This document shows positions 47,850 to 57,861 of a DNA stretch of 64,000 bases, piece after piece (position 1 is the first letter of the stretch; every line of letters starts with the position of its first letter). The notes under the pieces were generated by a model. The model was given only the letters and a program-made list of their open reading frames with translations. It did not search any database and had not been told where the DNA came from. The stretch spans positions 96,001-160,000 of IMG/VR virus record IMGVR_UViG_3300021431_004524; one strand, written 5' to 3'. Origin of the DNA: a virus. Taxonomy: Duplodnaviria > Caudoviricetes. The translations under genes and the position numbers were made by a program.

Positions 47850-47990
47850 ATGCAGTAGTGACGTGACTGTTACTTCGATAACATTTAGACAAGTGGTTAA
47901 GTCGCAATTTTTGGGTAATTGAGAACGCCGGTCCAATTCCGGCAATGTTGTAAACAATAGCAAACAGTCACAAATTTTCTCTGTATTTTT
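47850..47990 (+). ncRNA. Y-like RNA copy F enclosing tRNA-Pro(TGG)-like body (47879-47951)
   Basis: ATGCAG/CTGTAT and GTGACTG/CAGTCAC helices flank cloverleaf with CAATT-TTTGGGT-AATTG. Confidence 0.75.
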
Positions 47991-47995
47991 ATGAT

Positions 47996-48081
47996 TGGGG
48001 ATTAGTTTAATGGTAAAACGACGGCCTCATAAGCCGGGGACATTTGTGTGCATTGTGTTGGTCCGAATCCAACATCCCCAA
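47996..48081 (+). tRNA. tRNA with CAT anticodon (Met/Ile2) and long variable region
   Basis: TGGGGAT/ATCCCCA, CGGC-CTCATAA-GCCG, about 19-nt variable region. Confidence 0.7.
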
Positions 48082-48188
48082 CATTTTTAGAAAGTTGTCC
48101 CAATATATCGTAGGGAGCATGCAATTGTCTTGAAATACAGACTTTTGCATATTTTATTTTATATATAAAGACTTATTATTAATTGAAA

Positions 48189-48554
48189 ATGAGCGTAAAC
48201 AGATATGATGAATTATTAAGACAGTTATATGAGAAAGACTTTGTTAATTTGAGGTTCACTGTATTCAATTTTATTGACAGTGACGGTTATGTAAATGAAA
48301 TTTCGGCATTGAATAAGGCACATTACGGTATTGATGATTTTGAATTTATGGTATTTGACATTTCTGATGAGGATAAAAAGGCGATTAAGAATGGAAATGC
48401 GTTTATAATTCAGAAATACCGTGCATTTAAGCATTATATTGAAAAAGAGTGTCAGGAAGTTCCGAATTGTGCTATTTTCATCATGAAAGATTTAGGGATT
48501 GTCATTGCGGTTAAGTTAAAATATTATAATCTTGGAAAAATGAAGGAAGTTTAG
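48189..48554 (+). CDS. hypothetical protein
   Basis: ORF, ATG 48189. Confidence 0.5.
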   Translation: MSVNRYDELLRQLYEKDFVNLRFTVFNFIDSDGYVNEISALNKAHYGIDDFEFMVFDISDEDKKAIKNGNAFIIQKYRAFKHYIEKECQEVPNCAIFIMKDLGIVIAVKLKYYNLGKMKEV

Positions 48555-48622
48555 TATTTTTTAACGGTATTTCTTTTGGGATATCGTTTTTTTGTAGTAT
48601 TTTTGCATTAAATTTATAGATT

Positions 48623-48844
48623 ATGGCTTATTATTCAGAGAAAACTTGTAAATGCATTAAGGAATTTGTTGCACTTCCTGATAATGTTTTTTCCAATGAG
48701 GATGAATTATATTTCCATGTTGGAAGGGAGTATCAGGTTGACATATATGCGTTATATTTCAGGGTTTATCAAAATGGTGGTTATAATGACTATGTTAATT
48801 TGGATGATAGTGAATTTTCGGAATATTTTAGATTAATTGATTAA
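48623..48844 (+). CDS. hypothetical protein
   Basis: 73 aa ORF after host-type promoter. Confidence 0.55.
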   Translation: MAYYSEKTCKCIKEFVALPDNVFSNEDELYFHVGREYQVDIYALYFRVYQNGGYNDYVNLDDSEFSEYFRLID

Positions 48845-48858
48845 AAAATGTAAGTTAT

Positions 48859-49785
48859 ATGAAAGATTACAAAGATGTTTTTGAGAAATTGGTGAATGGT
48901 ACTGAGGATTATGTGAAGAATAATGGCTTGAAGAGCCTTGTACTAGGAATCTCTGGCGGTATTGACAGTACTGTAGTCGCAGCCATTGCAAATGAGGTAA
49001 GTAACCGCCTTGGTATTCCTTTTATTGGGCGTAGTTTGCCTTGTAAGACAAATGGAAATGATGAAATCAGTGCCGCCACGATGGTTGGTAGTGCTTTCTG
49101 TACTGATTTTAAGGAAGTTTCAATCCAGAAGTTGTTTGAGGCATTTAAACCGGTTATTACTGAGAGTGAGGGTGATAAGTGTTGGTCTGATATTTCACAA
49201 GGTAATATCAAGGCACGTTTGCGTATGATTTATCTATATCATTTGGCAAGTAACAATTGTGGCATCGTTTTAGACACCGACAACCTCTCAGAGCACTATT
49301 TGGGGTTCTTCACCATTCATGGAGACGTAGCGGATTTCAATCCAATCGGTGATTTATGGAAGACTGAGGTATATGGTCTTGCTAAGTGGCTTGTTGGTTA
49401 TTATGCGAACAAATGTATCGAAGGCCGTGAGAATAACCAGAAATATTGTGACATGTCGACTGCATTGCAAGAATCAATTAAACTAACCCCTACTGACGGT
49501 AATGGTGTCGCTGTTGGTGGTGATATGGCACAGATTGCTCCCGGTTACACATATACTGAAGTCGATGAAATTCTTCGTCTTGTGATTAAGCATGAGATTG
49601 ATGATTGTTATGGATGGCATACATTTGAGAATATAGTTGATTATAAGAATCTGTGCAATAAGTATGGCAAGGAAACCGTTGATAGGGTAATTTCAAGATA
49701 CCGTAAATCAGAGTTCAAACGTAAGCACATGCCCATTGTAATTAGAATTAAGGAAAATCCAAGTGATAAGTTACTTGAATCATAA
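48859..49785 (+). CDS. nadE: NH3-dependent NAD+ synthetase
   Basis: LGISGGIDS PP-loop, GNIKARLRM, GFFTIHGD, PIGDLWKTEVY, SEFKR. Confidence 0.92.
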   Translation: MKDYKDVFEKLVNGTEDYVKNNGLKSLVLGISGGIDSTVVAAIANEVSNRLGIPFIGRSLPCKTNGNDEISAATMVGSAFCTDFKEVSIQKLFEAFKPVITESEGDKCWSDISQGNIKARLRMIYLYHLASNNCGIVLDTDNLSEHYLGFFTIHGDVADFNPIGDLWKTEVYGLAKWLVGYYANKCIEGRENNQKYCDMSTALQESIKLTPTDGNGVAVGGDMAQIAPGYTYTEVDEILRLVIKHEIDDCYGWHTFENIVDYKNLCNKYGKETVDRVISRYRKSEFKRKHMPIVIRIKENPSDKLLES

Positions 49786-49838
49786 TTTCGCAATAGATTG
49801 GTATTTTTGTAGAAAATAGGTTAAAAAATTGGTTTAAA

Positions 49839-50573
49839 ATGGATAAATCGCAATATATTGGGATTGTTGAGAATACTGACCCTTGTTTCCACTTGGAAAT
49901 ATTTGATAATTTGTATGATGGCAACATCATTATAACAAAAAGATTGACAGATAAACTAAATGAGAAACTTATTCAATATAAAGAAAAATGTATATTACAT
50001 CTTACTGTTACTGGTATGGGTGGTTCAAAGGTTGAGCCTTTTGTACCGTCGGTTGAACAGTCTTTTAAGAAATTCAAGAAACTAATTGAAGATGGTTTTC
50101 CGATTGAACATGTTGTGTTAAGAATTGACCCGATTGTACCGACTGATAAGGGAATAAACACGGCTTTACATGTTATTGATGTATTTAAGGACTGTGGAAT
50201 AAAGAGGGTTCGTTTTTCTGTGTTGGATATGTATAAGCACGTAAAAGAACGATTTGAAAAGGCTGGTATTACTATACCTTATCACACATTTCATGCACCA
50301 TTGGAAAAACGTTTGGAAATACGTGACAGATTAGTGGAATTAGGCAATCAATATGGTTTTGAAGTAGAGGCGTGTGGTGAGCCTGGTATTGAGAGCATTT
50401 CATGTTTATCACAGAAAGATATTGACATTTTAGGCTTAACTGACAGGATTAAATTAGAGGGTAATAAATGGCAGAGGAACAGTTGTAGTTGTCCTGCCAA
50501 TAAGACACAGTTATATAAGAATAAAATGGAGCATTGTCAGCATGGTTGCCTTTATTGTTATATCAAAGACTGA
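49839..50573 (+). CDS. DUF1848-like Fe-S protein (radical SAM/spore photoproduct lyase-related)
   Basis: LRIDPI, QRNSCSC, C-terminal CQHGCLYCY. Confidence 0.7.
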   Translation: MDKSQYIGIVENTDPCFHLEIFDNLYDGNIIITKRLTDKLNEKLIQYKEKCILHLTVTGMGGSKVEPFVPSVEQSFKKFKKLIEDGFPIEHVVLRIDPIVPTDKGINTALHVIDVFKDCGIKRVRFSVLDMYKHVKERFEKAGITIPYHTFHAPLEKRLEIRDRLVELGNQYGFEVEACGEPGIESISCLSQKDIDILGLTDRIKLEGNKWQRNSCSCPANKTQLYKNKMEHCQHGCLYCYIKD

Positions 50574-50662
50574 CAAAATGGCAGAAAATTAGAATTGGCA
50601 CAATGTTTGAATATATAAGTAGTGAAATTAGAAAAATAAAATTTTAAAAATATAAAAGAATT

Positions 50663-51256
50663 ATGAAAAAGTATGATTTAAGTACAGTATTCGGTAATGT
50701 TACCGATTTGTTTAATGATTTCATGGATGATTTTGATTTTACTCCAACGACATTTTTCAATGATTATTCATGGATGAAGCCAAGTTATAAAATGGAAGAC
50801 AAGGGCGATAAGTATGCCGTTTCAGTTGAGTATGATGAAAATCATGACGAAGTTAGCGTTGATGTAAATACCGACAAACGTGAAATTACAATTACAGTTT
50901 CATCTAAGCCAAGCCTTTTCCAATCTTGCACATATTATGGAAAGTACACAATGACAGTTCCAAAGGATTGCAATCTTGAAGCCGGTTGGTCTAAGGACAT
51001 TGATAAGGAAAACGAGAAGATGGTAATTTCTTTTGATAAGGTTAAACAGACTGCACCTGAGAAATTGGAGAAGATTTGTAAAAATGAAGGTGCTGAATCG
51101 GATACCGATTATAAGAAACTTTATGACAAACTTTTGGTCCTTACTGAAAAATATGATGAGAAAATCAAGAGTCTTGAGGAAAAGAACGATAGACTTCGTA
51201 AGGATAATGAAGACCTTGCAAAGAAACTGAGTAGTATTAAGAACTTATTCAATTAA
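50663..51256 (+). CDS. small heat-shock (Hsp20-like) protein with C-terminal coiled coil
   Basis: F/D-rich N-terminus, alpha-crystallin-like beta strands, directly upstream of dnaK. Confidence 0.55.
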   Translation: MKKYDLSTVFGNVTDLFNDFMDDFDFTPTTFFNDYSWMKPSYKMEDKGDKYAVSVEYDENHDEVSVDVNTDKREITITVSSKPSLFQSCTYYGKYTMTVPKDCNLEAGWSKDIDKENEKMVISFDKVKQTAPEKLEKICKNEGAESDTDYKKLYDKLLVLTEKYDEKIKSLEEKNDRLRKDNEDLAKKLSSIKNLFN

Positions 51257-51287
51257 TAAAAATACGAATTTTAAATAAAAAAGAATT

Positions 51288-53264
51288 ATGGGAAAAGTTA
51301 TTGGTATCGATTTAGGAACTAGCACAAGTGCAGTTTCTGTTATTGAGAGTGGTAAGCCTGTGATTGTTGCTAACTCTGAGGGTGGTCGTACAACACCTTC
51401 AGTTGTTAGTCTGAAAGATGGTGATATTAAGGTTGGTGCTGCTGCCAATCGTCAGCGTGTTGTTAATCCTGATACAACGATTTCGCTTATTAAGCGTTTC
51501 ATGGGTGTAAATTATGACCAATGTGAGAATATTGTTAAGCATGTATCATATAAAGTCGTTGATGTTGCCGGAAAACCGCGTGTTAGGATTGATGGCCGTG
51601 ATTATTCACCAGAGGAAATTTCTTCATACATTGTCAATAAGATGAAGAAGACTGCTGAGGATTACCTTGGTGAAGAAGTTAAGGATGCCGTTATTACAGT
51701 TCCAGCGTGGTTTGATAATAATGCCCGTGAAGCGACGAAGGTTGCCGGCGAAATGTGTGGCTTAAATGTACTTCGTATTATTAACGAGCCAACAGCGGCT
51801 ATTCTTGCAAGTAATATTGATGTTAAGAGCGGTGATAAGATAGTTCTAGTAGCAGACCTTGGTGGTGGTACTACAGACTTTAGTGTATGTGAACTTTCAG
51901 ACGGAATGGTGGAGGTACTTGCTTCTCATGGTGACGTATTCCTTGGCGGTAGTGATTTCGATAATGCGATTGCCGAGTGGGTCATTGAAACATTTAATAA
52001 GGAGAATAATGTTGATTTGAGAAAGTCACAGGATTCAGCACAGGCATTGCAGCGTATCGTCGAGGCTGCTGAAAAGGCAAAGATTGAGTTGACAACTTCA
52101 CCTTCTACCGAGATTAATCTTCCTTATATTACTGTTAAGGACGGTACTCCGTTGCATTGTGTAATGACACTTACAAAGGCTAAGTTTGCACAACTTACAA
52201 AGCATCTTATTGATAAGGCGATTGATTGTGGTGTTGAAGCAATGAAAAAAGCCAAGGTTGCCTATAATGAACTTGATTGTATTCTTCTTGTAGGTGGTCA
52301 GTCACGTTCAACGGAATTCCAAGATGCACTTACTAATACATTTGGCGTACCTCTTAATAAGAGTGTAAATCCGGATGAGGCTGTAAGTATGGGTGCTGCT
52401 GTTCAGGCCAATATCATTGTTGGTGGCGAAGGTGCAGGAGACTTGCTTTTGCTCGATGTAACACCATTGACACTTGGTATTGAGACTATGGGCGGTGTGA
52501 TGACAACAATTGTTGAGGCTAACACTACCATTCCTTGTAAGAGGTCGCAGACTTTCACAACGGCTTCTGATAATCAGCCTGCTGTTACCATTAATGTACT
52601 TCAAGGTGCGAGACCAATGGCAAAGGATAATAAATCAATTGGTCTATTCAATCTTGATGGTATTGCTCCGGCACGTCGTGGTGTTCCAAAGATTGAGGTC
52701 ACGTTCGACATTTCGGCTGATGGCCTTGTAACTGTAACGGCTGTTGATAAGGCTACCGGTAAAGAACAGCATATTACAATTGAAAATAAGTCTTCACTTT
52801 CACAGGAAGAGATTGAGAGAATCAAGAGAGAGGCTGAGGAACATGCTGCCGAGGATGCCAAGACCAAGGAGAAACTTGAAAAGGCTAACAAATGTGAAAG
52901 TCTGATTTACTCAACAGAGCAGACACTTGATAGCCTTAAAGATAAGGTTACTGATGATGAGAAGGCTTTCTTCAACGGAAAGATTGAAGAGTTGAAGAAG
53001 ATGAAAGAGTCTGATGATTACACCAATTTCGAGACTATTGAAAAGGAAGTGCAAGAGAAGTGGTATGGAATTTCGGCAAAGGCTTATGGTGCTCAGAACG
53101 GTGGTTCTAACCAATTTGGAGGTGCTGGTAATCCGTTCGGTGGATTTGATGCATCACAGTTCGGAGACATTTTCGGTGCGGCTGCCGGTGGCGCAAAGAC
53201 CGAGACTCAGACAGCACAGCCTACATCAGAATCAGATGCTGAAGAGATTCAAGACGCAAAGTAA
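51288..53264 (+). CDS. dnaK: Hsp70 chaperone DnaK
   Basis: [42 protein letters not shown]. Confidence 0.98.
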   Translation: MGKVIGIDLGTSTSAVSVIESGKPVIVANSEGGRTTPSVVSLKDGDIKVGAAANRQRVVNPDTTISLIKRFMGVNYDQCENIVKHVSYKVVDVAGKPRVRIDGRDYSPEEISSYIVNKMKKTAEDYLGEEVKDAVITVPAWFDNNAREATKVAGEMCGLNVLRIINEPTAAILASNIDVKSGDKIVLVADLGGGTTDFSVCELSDGMVEVLASHGDVFLGGSDFDNAIAEWVIETFNKENNVDLRKSQDSAQALQRIVEAAEKAKIELTTSPSTEINLPYITVKDGTPLHCVMTLTKAKFAQLTKHLIDKAIDCGVEAMKKAKVAYNELDCILLVGGQSRSTEFQDALTNTFGVPLNKSVNPDEAVSMGAAVQANIIVGGEGAGDLLLLDVTPLTLGIETMGGVMTTIVEANTTIPCKRSQTFTTASDNQPAVTINVLQGARPMAKDNKSIGLFNLDGIAPARRGVPKIEVTFDISADGLVTVTAVDKATGKEQHITIENKSSLSQEEIERIKREAEEHAAEDAKTKEKLEKANKCESLIYSTEQTLDSLKDKVTDDEKAFFNGKIEELKKMKESDDYTNFETIEKEVQEKWYGISAKAYGAQNGGSNQFGGAGNPFGGFDASQFGDIFGAAAGGAKTETQTAQPTSESDAEEIQDAK

Positions 53265-53402
53265 GTTGAAACGATGAATGTATTAGAAATAGTAGGTGGT
53301 TTTTAGTAATTACCTACTATTTTAATTATTTTTAACATAAAAATGTTGGTAAATTAAGAATAAAGTATTACCTTTGCAGAGTTAATAGTATATATTAATG
53401 TT

Positions 53403-54497
53403 ATGGCACAGAAAGACTATTACGAAATATTAGGGGTAGATAGGAATGCATCCCAAGATGAAATCAAAAAGGCATATAAGAAAATCTGTCTTCAAAATCA
53501 TCCGGACCGTAATCCTGGTAATAAAGAGGCTGAGGATAAATTTAAAGCGGCTGTTGAAGCCTATGACGTACTATCAGACCCACAGAAGAAACAGCAGTAT
53601 GACACATTCGGTACTGTAGATGGACAGTTTGGTATGGGCGGTGCTGATTCCACAATGGATGAAATACTGAGACGTTTCATGAAACATGGCGGTTTTAACA
53701 TATTTGGTGATGATGACGAATTTATGGGTGGTTTCAGACAGCAAACGGTGATGCGTGGTACGGATGCAAAGGTTAGGGTTACGTTGACTCTTGAAGAAGC
53801 ATATAAGAGGGGTAGTAAAACTATTAAATACAATAGGCTTAAACCTTGTAAGTCATGCAATGGAAAAGGCTCAAAGGACGGAAGTACCATAGGTATGTGT
53901 CCTCACTGTCATGGAACTGGTTACATAACTCAGGTACAGCAATTTGCATTTGGTTTTTCACGTCAGACTGTTCAATGTCCATATTGTAATGGAAGTGGAA
54001 AGAAAATTACCAATCCGTGTCCTAAATGTAATGGAAGTGGTCTTGAAATGATGGAGGAATCATTCACGTTTGATATACCGGCCGGTGTAACTGACGATGT
54101 TACAATGAGAATACCAAGAAAGGGTAATTATTGTGAACGTATGGAAGGACAGGAGGGTGATTTGGTGATTTATTTCAGAATCGCTGAAAATGCCCGCTTC
54201 AAGATTATACCTAATAGCCCTTATGATTTGGCTTATATCGATGAAACACCGGTTTTGGACTGTATAACGGGTTGCGAGAAAACTATTAAGCATATTGATG
54301 GCAAGACATACAAATACACGTTGAGACAAGGTATTGAAGATGGAAGTATTATCAATTTAACCGGTAAGGGACTTGCGAAGAGTAATGGCTTATATGGAGA
54401 TTTGAAGATTGTTGTTAAATACAGGATGCCAAAGGCTATTACAAGTGAGGAAAGAAAGTTAATCGAAAAATTAAGAAAAACAAATAATTTTAGTTAA
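53403..54497 (+). CDS. dnaJ: Hsp40 co-chaperone DnaJ
   Basis: J domain HPD, G/F region, four CxxCxGxG repeats. Confidence 0.97.
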   Translation: MAQKDYYEILGVDRNASQDEIKKAYKKICLQNHPDRNPGNKEAEDKFKAAVEAYDVLSDPQKKQQYDTFGTVDGQFGMGGADSTMDEILRRFMKHGGFNIFGDDDEFMGGFRQQTVMRGTDAKVRVTLTLEEAYKRGSKTIKYNRLKPCKSCNGKGSKDGSTIGMCPHCHGTGYITQVQQFAFGFSRQTVQCPYCNGSGKKITNPCPKCNGSGLEMMEESFTFDIPAGVTDDVTMRIPRKGNYCERMEGQEGDLVIYFRIAENARFKIIPNSPYDLAYIDETPVLDCITGCEKTIKHIDGKTYKYTLRQGIEDGSIINLTGKGLAKSNGLYGDLKIVVKYRMPKAITSEERKLIEKLRKTNNFS

Positions 54498-54498
54498 T

Positions 54499-55005
54499 AT
54501 GAGTTTAAATGCAAGAAACGGTAAGCGTAAGGCTACACCAAGGGCATCATTCAGTTATACGGATGCTGATTTTGAGCGTGTGATGGGTATTATGTTGGGT
54601 CTGACTAATAATGCAAGATGTTGTAAGGCGTTGGGTGAGGTCGTAAAGGAGATTGGTGATGAGCAGCTTACCAAATTGTTCATCCATGACATTGGCGAAT
54701 ATTGGACATCATATTGCCGTTATTTTAAGGGTCTGAAGGACGTTGATACTAAGTGGCACTATGCGATATTCGATGGTTTTGCCAATCGTGGCGGTAAGGT
54801 TGATTTCATGAACAAAGAATGTGGCGCAAGCAACTTCAAGTATTTCAAGTGTTGTTCGAAGTATGCCAATGCACATTTAACTCCGTTGACTTCTAATAGG
54901 AAATATGAGGTATTCCTTCGTTTCTTATCCCAGACCGTTACGGCAAGTATTAGGGAGAAACGTAGGGAATTTCAAGTCGATGGCATTAATGCTAAGAAAT
55001 CATGA
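54499..55005 (+). CDS. hypothetical protein
   Basis: 168 aa ORF. Confidence 0.55.
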   Translation: MSLNARNGKRKATPRASFSYTDADFERVMGIMLGLTNNARCCKALGEVVKEIGDEQLTKLFIHDIGEYWTSYCRYFKGLKDVDTKWHYAIFDGFANRGGKVDFMNKECGASNFKYFKCCSKYANAHLTPLTSNRKYEVFLRFLSQTVTASIREKRREFQVDGINAKKS

Positions 55006-55445
55006 AGTATTCAGCAGGCATTATTCCTTTTAGAGTTAATTCAAATAATGAATTAGAGTTCTTCGTCGGTCATCCGGGTGGTATTGGATGGAGAAACAGA
55101 GAATATTGGGCATACCTTAAAGGTGGTGTGGAAGCGGGTGAGAATTATGTAACCGCCGCTATACGTGAGTTTAAGGAGGAATCAGGTCTTTCAATGGAAG
55201 ATTGTGAAAGCCAGATGTTGATACCGCTTGGTACGAGTTTGCAGAACCCAAAAAAGACTGTTATTGCATATGGCTTGCATTATCCAAATATCAATCCGAA
55301 TGACTGCCATTCAAATATGGCCGATAACGGGCTGAATCCTGAGATTGATGCTTATAGGTGGCTCACATATGAGGAATTGAAAAAGTATACCCATCCGGCA
55401 CATCTTATTTTTTATGAAACACTAATTAAGATGAACAAGAGGTGA
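55002..55445 (+). CDS. NUDIX hydrolase
   Basis: GGVEAGENYVTAAIREFKEESG Nudix box. Confidence 0.9.
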   Translation: MKYSAGIIPFRVNSNNELEFFVGHPGGIGWRNREYWAYLKGGVEAGENYVTAAIREFKEESGLSMEDCESQMLIPLGTSLQNPKKTVIAYGLHYPNINPNDCHSNMADNGLNPEIDAYRWLTYEELKKYTHPAHLIFYETLIKMNKR

Positions 55446-55448
55446 ATA

Positions 55449-56024
55449 ATGATTAATATTATCAAAGATAAGGAGCCGATTTGGGAAACCGATAAATATG
55501 ATGTCATATTGGTAGGTACAAGCATATATAATATGTTATCAAACGGTTTCCAGTCTAAATTACGGTTAAAATACCCGTATATCGAGGAAATTAACGATTC
55601 TACGAACTATGGTGACTTGCGTAAATTGGGAAAAAGGATGACAATACAGGGAAAACCGATAATTTCCTTGATGTATATTGCCAAATATCCTAATAGCCGT
55701 AGGGAATTTATTGATTACGATGCACTTGAGCATGCTTTATCTACCGCAAATGCCGAATTTAGGGGTAAAAAGGTCTTAACCACCATGTTGGGATGCTCAA
55801 AGTTTGACGGAAACGGTGACAAAGATAAAGTTTTGGAAATAATCAATAGGACCGCCAATAATTTGGAACTGGATGTATATGACTATCTTCAATTGGAGAA
55901 AAGAAAGGAGATTGCATTGCATTTCAAGAAAATAAGGGAGTTCGAGACAACAGAACCGGAAAAATTCAACCAATTATGGCCTATTAGGAAAGAACTTATA
56001 AAGGATTTATACTTAGAATTTTAA
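55449..56024 (+). CDS. macrodomain-like protein (divergent)
   Basis: DVILVGTSIYNMLSNGFQSKLRLKYP, IDYDALEHAL, MLGCSKFDGNGD follow macrodomain motif order. Confidence 0.5.
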   Translation: MINIIKDKEPIWETDKYDVILVGTSIYNMLSNGFQSKLRLKYPYIEEINDSTNYGDLRKLGKRMTIQGKPIISLMYIAKYPNSRREFIDYDALEHALSTANAEFRGKKVLTTMLGCSKFDGNGDKDKVLEIINRTANNLELDVYDYLQLEKRKEIALHFKKIREFETTEPEKFNQLWPIRKELIKDLYLEF

Positions 56025-56031
56025 ATAATAC

Positions 56032-56565
56032 ATGATTAGAGGAAAAAATTCAATTGATGAACCACGTATTAATGACGAAATCGTCGGTTATGATGAAGTG
56101 AGACTTATTTACAAGGGTGATGATGGTGAAAACCATTCGGAAGTAATGTCTCTTGATGAAGCACGTGAAAAGGCTGCAAGTGAAGAGAAGGATTTAATTG
56201 AAATCAACCAGAATACAACGCCACCGATTGTGAAAATTGAGGATTATTCGAAATATCTGTATGAGTTGAAGAAACAGATGAAGAATAACAAGAAACCTTC
56301 TGTTACTTTAAAGGAAATCCAACTTAGCACGAACATTGCAAGTAATGACTTGTCGGTAAAGGCGAATAAGGCAAGAAAATTCATTTCTGACGGTGATAAA
56401 GTCAAGGTGGTATTAACTATGAGGGGAAGGGAGTTATCACGCCGTGATGACTCTAAAAAGTGTCTCTATGAGTTCATAGACATGCTTTCTGATATATCTG
56501 TGCCCGAAGCATTGCCACGTGACGAGAGAAATAAGTGTTTCGTAATCCTTAAAAAGAAAAAATAA
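56032..56565 (+). CDS. infC: translation initiation factor IF-3
   Basis: RINDEI...EVRLI, DLIEI...PPIVKIEDYSKYLYE, KEIQL, GDKVKV..MRGRE. Confidence 0.93.
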   Translation: MIRGKNSIDEPRINDEIVGYDEVRLIYKGDDGENHSEVMSLDEAREKAASEEKDLIEINQNTTPPIVKIEDYSKYLYELKKQMKNNKKPSVTLKEIQLSTNIASNDLSVKANKARKFISDGDKVKVVLTMRGRELSRRDDSKKCLYEFIDMLSDISVPEALPRDERNKCFVILKKKK

Positions 56566-56967
56566 ATGATTAAAATAAACCGGCATTTTGATGAAAACAG
56601 TCCTTTGATAAGAAAGATTAATTTAGTCGAACGATTATGTGAATTGAAATACAGGGCAACTGGTCGTACAACAAGATTAGTTGATGAATATGTACAGAAT
56701 TTGTATTCAAAACCGAACGAGTGGATTGGGATAACCGACCATTTTTGGAATTATAAAACCGGTAAGACTGATACGGGGGCAAACTATTCAATTTTTAATA
56801 AATTGATGCACCGTCTAAGTGACGAACACCCTGGCGATAAATTCGACTATCGTAAGAATGGTAATCATATGGAAGTAAGACTTGTATCTTCTGTAAGTGG
56901 GGAATACATAAACGAAGAGATTAAGAGATTAGAAAAAGAACTTATGGAATTAAATACAAAAGAATAA
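56566..56967 (+). CDS. hypothetical protein
   Basis: 133 aa ORF. Confidence 0.55.
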   Translation: MIKINRHFDENSPLIRKINLVERLCELKYRATGRTTRLVDEYVQNLYSKPNEWIGITDHFWNYKTGKTDTGANYSIFNKLMHRLSDEHPGDKFDYRKNGNHMEVRLVSSVSGEYINEEIKRLEKELMELNTKE

Positions 56968-56970
56968 AAA

Positions 56971-57852
56971 ATGGGTTTTTTGATAGATTGTAAATCACAA
57001 GATTGTGGATATTGGAACAGAACTGATTTAACTACCGCTTATTTTGATGATATAAAGGATTATCCTTTACTTTCGAGTAATGAGGAACGTAAGTTGCTTG
57101 AAAGGGCAAGGTCTAAAAATCCGTTTATTGCATCGGAAGCACGTAAGAAACTTGTTGAGAGCAATCAACGTTTCGTCGTATCGGTTGCAAGACGATGGCA
57201 AAAGGGTGATAACCTCATGGATATTGTGAATGAGGCAAATATAGGGCTGATGCATGCAATTGACAACTATGACCTTAATAAGAAGCAGCGTTTTATAACA
57301 TATGCCGTATGGTGGATTAGGAAATACATCAATGACTATATCATTTTCAAGGAAAGACCGATTGTACCTGCAAATGCCGTTAAACTGTACACTTATGTGC
57401 CAAAGGTAAGGAATGCGTTCTTTACGGAGAATCACCGTTATCCCACTTTCGATGAGTTAAAGGAGATACTCAAGAAAAAGCATAATGTAAGTGTTAAGCA
57501 TGACGAGGATTTGGAAATATTCTCAATGACTTCAATCGATGATACGTATTTCGAGCCTAACGAACATGTTATGAGTGAGGACACCATCGAATATGAGAAT
57601 GTCACCTCATCCAATAATATTGAGGATGATAACGATAAATCTGATGTTAAGACGATTGTAAGCACATTACTTCAATATCTTAATGAAAAGGAACAGAAAG
57701 TCGTTAAATTGTACTATGGCATTGACTGCCATGAGAAAGGACTTGATACGATTAGTGATGAAATGGACGTTTCAAAGGAAAGAGTCAGACAAATTCTTAT
57801 TTCTTCCTTGAAAAAACTGAAGAAAAAGACTAACTTGATTAATAAGATATAA
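56971..57852 (+). CDS. sigma70-family sigma factor (second)
   Basis: SNQRFVVSVA, EANIGLMHAIDNYD, RFITYAVWWIR, SKERVRQI. Confidence 0.92.
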   Translation: MGFLIDCKSQDCGYWNRTDLTTAYFDDIKDYPLLSSNEERKLLERARSKNPFIASEARKKLVESNQRFVVSVARRWQKGDNLMDIVNEANIGLMHAIDNYDLNKKQRFITYAVWWIRKYINDYIIFKERPIVPANAVKLYTYVPKVRNAFFTENHRYPTFDELKEILKKKHNVSVKHDEDLEIFSMTSIDDTYFEPNEHVMSEDTIEYENVTSSNNIEDDNDKSDVKTIVSTLLQYLNEKEQKVVKLYYGIDCHEKGLDTISDEMDVSKERVRQILISSLKKLKKKTNLINKI

Positions 57853-57861
57853 AGATAAATT

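Noticed and set aside
38000-48100. HDV-like theta ribozymes at tRNA 3' ends
   Set aside because: tRNA trailers are short and AT-rich; no nested double pseudoknot recognised by eye.
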